Of a stretch of 64,000 nucleotides of DNA, positions 56,768 to 64,000 are shown piece after piece. The notes under the pieces are model-generated. The model worked only from the letters and a program-made list of their open reading frames with translations, did no database searches and was not told the DNA's origin. Both the position numbers and the translations under genes were made by a program. Source of the stretch: an uncultured Faecalibacterium sp. (lineage in GTDB: Bacteria > Bacillota > Clostridia > Oscillospirales > Ruminococcaceae); assembly GCA_934514285.1 (NCBI GenBank), contig CAKSXE010000002.1, forward strand, positions 18,804 through 82,803, in the 5' to 3' direction. Each line of letters begins with the position of its first letter. The stretch's first letter is position 1.

Positions 56768-57700
56768 TTGAAAAACGAAACACCGATCCAGGGCCATTAT
56801 GATACATCCTCTGTGTTCGTGGCGGTCATCGGCCGCCCAAACGTGGGAAAGTCCAGCCTGACGAATCTGCTGGTAGGGGAGAAGGTGGCTATCGTCACCT
56901 CCAAGCCCCAGACCACCCGTACCCGTATTACTGGCGTCATCACCCGGGGGCCTCTGCAGTACGTTCTGCTGGACACTCCCGGCGTGCATAAGCCCCACAA
57001 TAAGCTGGGCAAGCGGATGGACAAGACGGCCAGCGACTCCATTGCGGATGTCGATGTGTCCATGATGCTGTTCGAGCCCTACGGCGCGCTGAATGAATCG
57101 GAGATGGTTCTGGTCGAGGCTCTGAAAAAGGGCGGCCCGGCCATCGCGGTCATCAACAAGACCGACCTTGTCAAAGACCCGGCGGACCTCGAGGCCCGCA
57201 AGGCGGAGCTGAAAGCGCTGGGCGTCTTTGATGATGTCTACACCGTCAGTGTCCGCGATAATGACCGCTGCGAGGAACTGTTCGATGCACTGAGCCGCTA
57301 TGCCGTGGAAGGCCCGCATTATTTTGACGATGATGCTTACACCGATATGCCTGAGAAGGAGCTTGTAGCGGAAGTTATTCGCGAAAAGGCTCTGCTCTAT
57401 ATGCGAGACGAGATCCCGCACGGCATTGCGGTCGTGGTCGAGCGCTTCAAGGAGCGCCCCGGCACCGACCTCGTGGACATCGACGTGAACATCTACTGTG
57501 AGCGGGAGAGCCACAAGGGCATGGTCATCGGCAAGGGCGGCGCGATGCTGAAGAAGATCGCTAGTGCAGCCCGCACCGACTGCGAAGAGTTTCTCGGCTG
57601 CCGCGTCAACTTACAGTGCTGGGTGAAGGTCAAAGCCGACTGGCGCGATAACGAGTTTATGCTCAACAATTTCGGCTTCAAGCAGCAGCCCAACCGCTGA
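56768..57700 (+). CDS. era: GTPase Era
   Basis: GRPNVGKSSL, DTPG, NKTD; KH domain; TTG start. Confidence 0.85.
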   Translation: MKNETPIQGHYDTSSVFVAVIGRPNVGKSSLTNLLVGEKVAIVTSKPQTTRTRITGVITRGPLQYVLLDTPGVHKPHNKLGKRMDKTASDSIADVDVSMMLFEPYGALNESEMVLVEALKKGGPAIAVINKTDLVKDPADLEARKAELKALGVFDDVYTVSVRDNDRCEELFDALSRYAVEGPHYFDDDAYTDMPEKELVAEVIREKALLYMRDEIPHGIAVVVERFKERPGTDLVDIDVNIYCERESHKGMVIGKGGAMLKKIASAARTDCEEFLGCRVNLQCWVKVKADWRDNEFMLNNFGFKQQPNR

Positions 57701-57782
57701 GCCTCATAACAGGACAGATTTCCCGGGGATAGCGCAGTACCATAGAGGTGACACTATACCTTAAGGAAGGGAGCGTTGTCCG

Positions 57783-57950
57783 ATGGATGTGGAACTCAGC
57801 TGGCAGACGTTTGCCTGCACCGGTGATATTCTGTGTTATCTGGACTATAGGCGGCAGCTCGCTCAGCAGCGGCTCACCGCCCCGGCAGGAGAAAAAACAG
57901 ATGGATACCATTGTGACCCCGGGCCTTGTCCTGAAAGAGACCCGGTATAA
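57783..57950 (+). CDS. possible YqzL-like small protein (overlaps recO start out of frame)
   Basis: AAGGAAGGGAG RBS; MDVELSWQTFACTGDILCYLDYRRQLAQQ resembles small YqzL proteins found between era and recO in Bacillus. Confidence 0.3.
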   Translation: MDVELSWQTFACTGDILCYLDYRRQLAQQRLTAPAGEKTDGYHCDPGPCPERDPV

Positions 57951-58647
57951 AGAATCAGACCGGATCATCACGCTTCTGACGCCGGGGCTGGGAGTCATCT
58001 CGGCTTCTGCGCAGAGCAGCCTGCGGCTGAAAAGCAAACTGTTCAGCGCCTGCGGGCTTTTTTGTTACTCGGAGTTCGTGCTTGTCCCCGGACGGAATAT
58101 GTATACAGTGCGAGAGGCGGATGTCAAAAACGTCTTCCATGGCATCTCGTCTTCCATCGAAGGGATGAGCCTTGCCATGTATATGGCGGAAATGGCCTCA
58201 GCGCTTTCGCCCACAGGAGACGAAGCGGAAAAAGAACTGCGGCTCCTCCTTAATTGTTTTTACATGATAAGCGAGAAAAAGGCCGACCTCCGGGTCATCA
58301 AGGCCGTATTTGAGCTGCGTACCATGAGCGAGTGCGGATTTCTGCCGCAGCTGGTCTACTGCCGCGACTGCGGCACCTACGACGGCCCGGCCTTTTATCT
58401 CGACCCGGCGGAGGGCTGTCTGCTCTGCGAATCCTGCGCCCAAAAGGCAGGGAAGAAGTGCAATCTGGACGCCGGGGCGCTGTTTGCACTGCGGCATATC
58501 TGTCTGGTAGAAGATAAAAAGATATTCGGCTTCCGTATTTCCGTCGGCAGTCTGGCGAAGCTCTCGACAGCAGCAGAGCAATATGCGCTGACCCATCTGG
58601 ACAAGCCGTTGAAGAGCTACGACTTTTTGAAATCCGTCCTGCCATAA
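57901..58647 (+). CDS. recO: DNA repair protein RecO
   Basis: MDTIVTPGLVLKETRYKESDRIITLLT OB-fold N-terminus; CxxC...CxxC zinc motif. Confidence 0.8.
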   Translation: MDTIVTPGLVLKETRYKESDRIITLLTPGLGVISASAQSSLRLKSKLFSACGLFCYSEFVLVPGRNMYTVREADVKNVFHGISSSIEGMSLAMYMAEMASALSPTGDEAEKELRLLLNCFYMISEKKADLRVIKAVFELRTMSECGFLPQLVYCRDCGTYDGPAFYLDPAEGCLLCESCAQKAGKKCNLDAGALFALRHICLVEDKKIFGFRISVGSLAKLSTAAEQYALTHLDKPLKSYDFLKSVLP

Positions 58648-58680
58648 CCATTTGAAATCGATTTGATATAAGGAATTACT

Positions 58681-61092
58681 ATGGAAACAAGTTATTTGAA
58701 AACGCTGGAACTGGACAAGATCATTGCCCGGGCGGCGGAGGGCTGTGTGTGCAAGGAGTCCCGCGAAAAGCTCCTTGCCATCGAGCCTCAGTGCGACCCC
58801 GACGAAGTGCGGTATGCGCTGGAACAGACCGATGCCATCAATTCACTGCTCATCAAGAACGGCTCGCCCCGCTTCGGTGGAGTAGAGGGCGTCAGTCAGC
58901 TGGCCGCCCGTGCTGTCAAGGGCGGTGTCCTCTCAATGGGTGAACTGCTGATGGTGGCCGGTGCGCTTCGAAACTTTCAGAACCTCGTCAGCTGGTACGG
59001 CTCTTCGGAACACGATGCACTTCCGACGGACGACTTATTCTATGCGCTGGCTCCTCAGCCGGGTCTCGAGCAGCAAATTTCGAGTGCCATCCTTGCGCCG
59101 GACGCAATGGCAGATACGGCATCGCACACCCTGAACGACCTGCGCAAGAAGATTCGTGCGACTGAAAACAGCATCCGCGACCGTCTGGAAAGCATGGTCC
59201 GGAATATGGACACCTCCAAGTACTTACAGGAGAGCGTCGTCTCCATCCGAAATGGCCGGTATGTCGTTCCTGTCAAAAGCGAGTATCGCGGAGAGGTGAG
59301 CGGTATCATCCATGACGTCTCGTCTACTGGTGCGACCGTCTTCGTCGAGCCTCAGGCCGTTGTGGAGGCAAACGCACGCATTTTACAGTACCGCGCACAG
59401 GAAGCCCAGGAAATCGAGCGTATCCTGGTAGCATTTACCGGTCAGGTCGCAGCCATTGAGCCGCAGTTCCAGTACAGCTATAAGGCCATGCTGGAAATCG
59501 ACGTCCTGCTTGCAAAAGCACGCCTTGCACTGGATATGAAGGCGTTCAAACCCACTGTCCGGACGGATACGTCGTTCTCTCTCATCCGGGCGCGTCATCC
59601 GCTCATCGACGCAAAGAAATGCGTTCCTGTCGATATTTCGCTGGGCAGGGAATATGATTCGCTCATCATCACCGGTCCCAACACCGGCGGTAAGACCGTC
59701 ACTCTGAAAACGGCCGGTCTGCTTTGTGCGATGGCACAGTGCGGCTTTCTCATCCCGGCGGATGAGCGCAGTGAGATCTGTGTCTTCGACGAGTTCCTCG
59801 TGGACATCGGCGATGAGCAGAGCATCGAGCAGAGCCTGTCCACCTTCTCCGGTCATATGAAGAAGATCACCGGCATCCTTGAACTTGCCATGCCCCACAC
59901 GCTGGTGCTTCTGGACGAGCTTGGTGCCGGTACCGACCCGGCGGAAGGTGCAGCACTGGCTGTTGCCATCATCGAAGAGCTGCGCCGCCGCGGTGTGCTC
60001 CTGATGGCCACAACGCACTATGCAGAATTGAAGGTGTTCGCCCTCGAGACAAAGGGCGTCGTCAACGCCAGCTGCGAGTTCGATTTGGAGACGCTGCGCC
60101 CCACTTATAAGCTCAGCGTCGGCGTTCCGGGCAAGTCCAACGCTTTCCTTATCAGCGAAAAGCTCGGCATCCCGGAGCGGGTCATTGAGGCTGCACAGCA
60201 GCATCTGTCCGCAGAAGATAAGCGCCTGGACGCCGTTCTGGGCCAGCTGGATGATTTGAAACTCCAGCTCAAAGCCAGTCAGGACGAGGTGGAAGGCCTG
60301 AAAAACGAGGCCGCCCACCAGCTGGATGCAGCCCGTCAGAAGCGCGATGAGCTTATCCAGCAGGGCGAGAATGAGCTGGAAGCTGCCCGCGCCAAGGCCC
60401 GCGCACTGGCGCAGGAAGTCGAGAGCAAGGCTTACGCTCTGACGGATGAGCTGCGCCAGATCCAGAAAGACGAGCGGATGAGTACCCAGCAGAAGGCCCA
60501 GCGCGCCCGTGAGATCGCCAGGAAAGAGTCCGAAAAGCTCTTTATGGGGACCGAAGTGGTACACAATCCGGTCAAGGAGTTCGTGCCGCTGAAGGAAGTC
60601 AAGGTAGGGCAGGAGGTCTGCATCGCAGAGCTGAACCAGCTGGCTACCGTGCTCTCTCTGCCGGATAAAAACGGCGATGTTCTCGTACGGGCCGGCATCA
60701 TCAAGACGAAAGTGCCGCTCAAGGGCCTCAAGCAGCCGGAAAAGCTGGTCAAGGAGACGAAGCCTCAGACCAAGGCACAGCAGCGTTACTCCCGCCTGAC
60801 TGGCGACGCCAACCGGCCCAATGGCAGGGTAGAGCGCGTACAGCGCACGGCAAAGATGGAATGCAACCTGCTGGGTCTTACCGTAGACGAGGCGCTGCCG
60901 GAGGTGGATTCCTTCATCGACCGTGCGATTTTGAACGGCCAGACTGTGGTATATCTCATCCACGGCAATGGTACCGGCGCACTGCGCACTGCTATCCATA
61001 AGCACCTGCGGGGAAACCGAATGGTCAAGAGCTTCCGTCTGGGCCGTTACGGCGAGGGCGAGAGCGGCGTGACCGTCGTCGAGCTGAAGTAA
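58681..61092 (+). CDS. mutS2: endonuclease MutS2
   Basis: MutS domain with Walker A GPNTGGKT; long coiled coil; C-terminal Smr domain. Confidence 0.85.
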   Translation: METSYLKTLELDKIIARAAEGCVCKESREKLLAIEPQCDPDEVRYALEQTDAINSLLIKNGSPRFGGVEGVSQLAARAVKGGVLSMGELLMVAGALRNFQNLVSWYGSSEHDALPTDDLFYALAPQPGLEQQISSAILAPDAMADTASHTLNDLRKKIRATENSIRDRLESMVRNMDTSKYLQESVVSIRNGRYVVPVKSEYRGEVSGIIHDVSSTGATVFVEPQAVVEANARILQYRAQEAQEIERILVAFTGQVAAIEPQFQYSYKAMLEIDVLLAKARLALDMKAFKPTVRTDTSFSLIRARHPLIDAKKCVPVDISLGREYDSLIITGPNTGGKTVTLKTAGLLCAMAQCGFLIPADERSEICVFDEFLVDIGDEQSIEQSLSTFSGHMKKITGILELAMPHTLVLLDELGAGTDPAEGAALAVAIIEELRRRGVLLMATTHYAELKVFALETKGVVNASCEFDLETLRPTYKLSVGVPGKSNAFLISEKLGIPERVIEAAQQHLSAEDKRLDAVLGQLDDLKLQLKASQDEVEGLKNEAAHQLDAARQKRDELIQQGENELEAARAKARALAQEVESKAYALTDELRQIQKDERMSTQQKAQRAREIARKESEKLFMGTEVVHNPVKEFVPLKEVKVGQEVCIAELNQLATVLSLPDKNGDVLVRAGIIKTKVPLKGLKQPEKLVKETKPQTKAQQRYSRLTGDANRPNGRVERVQRTAKMECNLLGLTVDEALPEVDSFIDRAILNGQTVVYLIHGNGTGALRTAIHKHLRGNRMVKSFRLGRYGEGESGVTVVELK

Positions 61093-61096
61093 GCCG

Positions 61097-61930
61097 ATGG
61101 CAGGACGTTCAAATCCAAGACACGCACGCCGGAGAAGACAGGGCGGCCCGTCCGCTGCGACGGTCATCGGCCTTTTGGTGTGTGTCGTCTGCTTCAGTGC
61201 AGCATTTTTCCTTTGGAAAGCAGCGCTGTTTGGCTCTGGGCGAAATGAGAGCGGGGAAGAGCCTTTCCGGCCTGTAGTCGGCGACCCGCCCTACAGGGTC
61301 TGCATTGATGCCGGTCACGGCGGAAGCGACCCGGGCGCAAGGGGAGTCGTCGAAGAAAAAGAGATGACGGCCCAGACCTCTGAGGCTCTGCTTGCGCTGC
61401 TGGAGGCCGACCCTAATTACATCCCGCTGCGTTCCCGCGAAAGCTATGATGTCACCGCAAAGCCCAGCGAGCGGGCGGAGGCCATCAATGCCCAGAGCCC
61501 GCAGCTGCTGCTGTCCATCCACGGCAACTCCGCGCCGGAGGGTTCTGCCGCTGCAGGCTTTGAGTGTTATCCGTCCGTCCCGGGCCGTACATGGCATCAG
61601 GAGAGCTATTACTTCGCGCAGCAGCTGGCGCAGGGAATGCAGGCCGCAGACGCAAAGCTCCGCGGCCACGGCGGCATCCGGTACATTTATTATCAGGGCG
61701 AGGTAAAGCAGCTCGTAGAGAGCACCCATACCGAAGTAAGGGACGAGCGAAGCTTTACCTTGTTGGAAGATGTAAACTGTCCGGCGGTTCTGGCAGAACA
61801 GTGCTTTGTGACCAGCGAAGAGGACGTTGCAAAGTTTGGCAGCGAGGAAGGCTGTAAGACCGTGGCGCGCGTTTACTATGAAGCGATCTGCGCGTACTTC
61901 GGAACACAGCCGCTGGATATGCCGCTGTAA
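61097..61930 (+). CDS. N-acetylmuramoyl-L-alanine amidase (Amidase_3 family; CwlD-like)
   Basis: N-terminal TM; CIDAGHGG and LSIHGNS zinc-binding motifs. Confidence 0.6.
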   Translation: MAGRSNPRHARRRRQGGPSAATVIGLLVCVVCFSAAFFLWKAALFGSGRNESGEEPFRPVVGDPPYRVCIDAGHGGSDPGARGVVEEKEMTAQTSEALLALLEADPNYIPLRSRESYDVTAKPSERAEAINAQSPQLLLSIHGNSAPEGSAAAGFECYPSVPGRTWHQESYYFAQQLAQGMQAADAKLRGHGGIRYIYYQGEVKQLVESTHTEVRDERSFTLLEDVNCPAVLAEQCFVTSEEDVAKFGSEEGCKTVARVYYEAICAYFGTQPLDMPL

Positions 61931-62111
61931 AGTCTGATGCAATGGACGCTCGCATGAAAGCGGTCTTATCCAGCTGTATTTTACGGTGTCTGCCTGGCAG
62001 GCGATCCACGCGTCCAAAACGAAATGATATAAAAGGACAGCAGAGGCTCCCAAAACCTGCACCGAGGACGGAACGCAGGAGAAGGGGGCCTCTGTTTTTG
62101 ATTTTTATAAT

Positions 62112-62139
62112 ATTTCGTATAATGCAGGTTATACGAAAT
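62112..62139. other. dif-like 28-bp site: perfect 11-bp inverted arms around a 6-bp spacer
   Basis: ATTTCGTATAA-TGCAGG-TTATACGAAAT; the inner ATAA-N6-TTAT matches Xer dif architecture. Confidence 0.45.
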
Positions 62140-62551
62140 ACAGGGGAGCGAAAAAGCCCTCTTTTTCGGGTTTCGGGCCTTTCCGGCGGCTCCTGAGCCT
62201 TTTGGGCTGGCTGGGCCGTTTTTTCGTATTTTGTACAGTTGTGTTATTTGAATGCATTGCTTTGTATGTTTTTGCCGCTTTTTGTTACGCACGTCCGGTT
62301 GCTCGTAAAACCTTTTCTAACTCTAATGTCCAATTCTTTGCTGCTCGATTTGGGTGCGGCATACTTACAACAAGCGTTTCTTTATCTGTGCAGACCAAAC
62401 TGCTCTTGTAATACCACAATGCAGTCTCTTCATGGGGCCTGATCCATTCAGCATCATCTGCAAATACCTCATCATATAAAATGTTCGATACCAGCCCCCA
62501 GCCGCCGGTCAGGATAATATCCGGCTCATAAATGTGTTTGTTCCCATGTCA

Positions 62552-63745
62552 TCATTTGTCGGCGTTCTCCATATCGGCAAGGCTCGAAACATCCACCCGG
62601 AAGCCTTCCTGTGCGGCACCCTCAAAGGCTTCCATCGGGCCGTCCGGTGCATCATTTTCTGGCTCATCCGACGGAGAATCGGCAAATTCCCCTTTGCTCT
62701 CCCCTGTCTCCTTTGACGTTGTATCCAAGCTTGCCTTCTTGACTTCACCCAGCGGATTCTGCTCAATGGCTGCACGCACCTGAAATTCCTGCAGATGCGT
62801 ATAAATTTGAGTTGTGCCGACGCTGCTGTGGCCCAGAAGCTGTTTGAGGGTCAGAATATCCACGTTGCCAGTCTGATACATCAGCGTTGCGGCAGTATGG
62901 CGGAGTTTATGGGTGGAAAAACCGCGCAGACCCGCTGCTTTCATGGCACCGGTGACCAGCTGCTCTACCCTGCGGTTTGAGATTCGCTCCTTGCGCCGCC
63001 GGGTGATAAAGACCGCTCTCTCTTTGGGGTTCAGGCCCTCCATCGTGTTGCGCTTGTTCAGATAGATCTGCAATGCCTCCTTGCAGGCATCATTCAGGTA
63101 GACCATCCGCTCTTTATGGCCTTTGCCGAACAAACGGATCTGCCGCTGTTCCATGTCGATGTCGCCGAGGTCCATGCCGACAAGCTCCGAAAGACGCATC
63201 CCGCAGTTCAGAAACAGCACGACCATGCAGTAATCCCGCTCCGGGAAGTCGCTCTGGGTCTGGGTACTTTCCAGAAGGTCCATGGACTGCTCTGCCGTCA
63301 GGTACTTGGGAAGGACTTTGTCCTGCTTGGGCGGCTTGATGGATGCCGTCGGATTCTCTTTGAGCAAATCTACCTGATTGACCAGATAATCATAAAAGCC
63401 GTGGAGGCTTGCCAGCCGCCGGGCCGTCGAAGACTTTTTGTTGCCGCACTCGCTGTTCAGAAAGTACAGATACTCATAAACGTCTTCCTTGGTCACACTG
63501 CCCCAGAAAGCCGTATCAAGCCCCTTGGGGTCGATGTCCTTTATCTCGGTATCGTCTGTTACAAGGCCGCGCCGACGCTTCATAAAACGGCTGAAGCTGC
63601 GCAGGTCGCAGTAATAGCTGAAGGCCGTGTTGGGGCTTTTGCCTGCGATGACTTCCAGATAGCGCACATACGCGACGATGTCCGGCGAAGCGTCATCAAA
63701 AGGCTTATGTTTTTCGGGATTTTTTTCGTCCAGATAAATCGACAT
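62552..63745 (-). CDS. tyrosine-type site-specific recombinase (Xer-like) with acidic ~85-aa C-terminal extension
   Basis: N-terminal SAM-like core-binding domain; catalytic R, HxxR and Y (HKLRHT, TQIYTH); long D/E-rich tail after the catalytic Tyr. Confidence 0.75.
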   Translation of the reverse strand: MSIYLDEKNPEKHKPFDDASPDIVAYVRYLEVIAGKSPNTAFSYYCDLRSFSRFMKRRRGLVTDDTEIKDIDPKGLDTAFWGSVTKEDVYEYLYFLNSECGNKKSSTARRLASLHGFYDYLVNQVDLLKENPTASIKPPKQDKVLPKYLTAEQSMDLLESTQTQSDFPERDYCMVVLFLNCGMRLSELVGMDLGDIDMEQRQIRLFGKGHKERMVYLNDACKEALQIYLNKRNTMEGLNPKERAVFITRRRKERISNRRVEQLVTGAMKAAGLRGFSTHKLRHTAATLMYQTGNVDILTLKQLLGHSSVGTTQIYTHLQEFQVRAAIEQNPLGEVKKASLDTTSKETGESKGEFADSPSDEPENDAPDGPMEAFEGAAQEGFRVDVSSLADMENADK

Positions 63746-63763
63746 AGTTTCCTCTTTTTATGG

Positions 63764-64000
63764 TCACAGACGGTCAGATTTCAGGGCATGGATGGCGTCC
63801 GAAATATAGGCGGCGCCGACAAGCTTCATGCCGGGATAATCGGCGGCATTCAGATGAGCAAGGCTGTGCTTTGGTACGACAGCGCGCTCAAAGCCGATAC
63901 GTTCCGCTTCCCGCAGGCGCTGCTCCAGATTCGGCACGCTGCGTATCTCGCCGCCGAGGCCGACCTCACCGATGGCAATGAGCTTATCGCTCACGGGGCA
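63764..64000 (-). CDS. radA: DNA repair protein RadA/Sms, C-terminal Lon-like domain (partial, runs off window end)
   Basis: IAIGEVGLGGEIRSVPNLEQRLREAERIGFERAVVP matches the RadA C-terminus. Confidence 0.7.
   Translation of the reverse strand, partial: CPVSDKLIAIGEVGLGGEIRSVPNLEQRLREAERIGFERAVVPKHSLAHLNAADYPGMKLVGAAYISDAIHALKSDRL

Noticed and set aside
61942-62550. Several 60-100 aa ORFs in the AT-rich amidase/recombinase intergenic gap
   Set aside because: No RBS, low-complexity translation and overlapping opposite-strand frames. The region is better explained as noncoding DNA containing the dif-like site and hairpins.

Overview
High-GC (~60%) Firmicutes/Clostridia-type chromosome segment from a spore-former lineage (ytfJ, remA, yqfC/yqfD, ylmC, DUF1540 and a SipL-like gene are present). 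Most of the window is a conserved, mostly plus-strand housekeeping backbone. It runs rpmB, a site-2 protease, scpA-scpB, ytfJ, rluB and a biotin-dependent transcarboxylase operon, then yicC-remA-gmk-priA-def-fmt-rsmB-rlmN-stp-prkC-rsgA-thiN. After that come an NCS2 permease, flavodoxin, an LtaS-family protein, rpsB-tsf, cstA (minus), yerC, an ABC-F ATPase, lon-engB and hslO. The window ends with yqfD-yqfC (minus), tRNA-Thr, phoH-ybeY-era-recO-mutS2, an amidase, a tyrosine recombinase (minus) and the C-terminus of radA (minus).

The most interesting part is a ~6.5 kb accessory patch at about 21.0-27.5 kb. It holds four paralogous copies of a compact convergent module: a strong plus-strand promoter driving an ~85-nt sRNA that ends in a bidirectional terminator, which it shares with a minus-strand 33-34 aa hydrophobic peptide gene carrying a WL/basic tail. 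Each sRNA contains a stretch complementary to the Shine-Dalgarno and start codon of its cognate peptide mRNA. This matches the Fst/RNAI-RNAII (par) type I toxin-antitoxin architecture. The same patch carries a RepA-like AAA ATPase with a wHTH tail followed by a TGACCAA/TTGGTCA iteron array, so it reads as a decayed integrated plasmid or ICE with multiple addiction modules.

Other notable items are listed below.
- A mosaic family of ~140-290 bp hairpin-rich intergenic repeats (REP/MITE-like) in at least seven copies, with inverted long copies bracketing 23.7-27.1 kb.
- A ~1 kb AT-rich islet next to tRNA-Thr, flanked by ~50-bp direct repeats and carrying an XRE regulator plus an orphan HI0074/HEPN-like gene.
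- A perfect 11-6-11 dif-like palindrome beside a tyrosine recombinase that has an unusual acidic C-terminal tail.

Coordinates derived from the ORF track should be exact. Coordinates I derived by hand (promoters, terminators, repeats) may be off by 1-2 nt.
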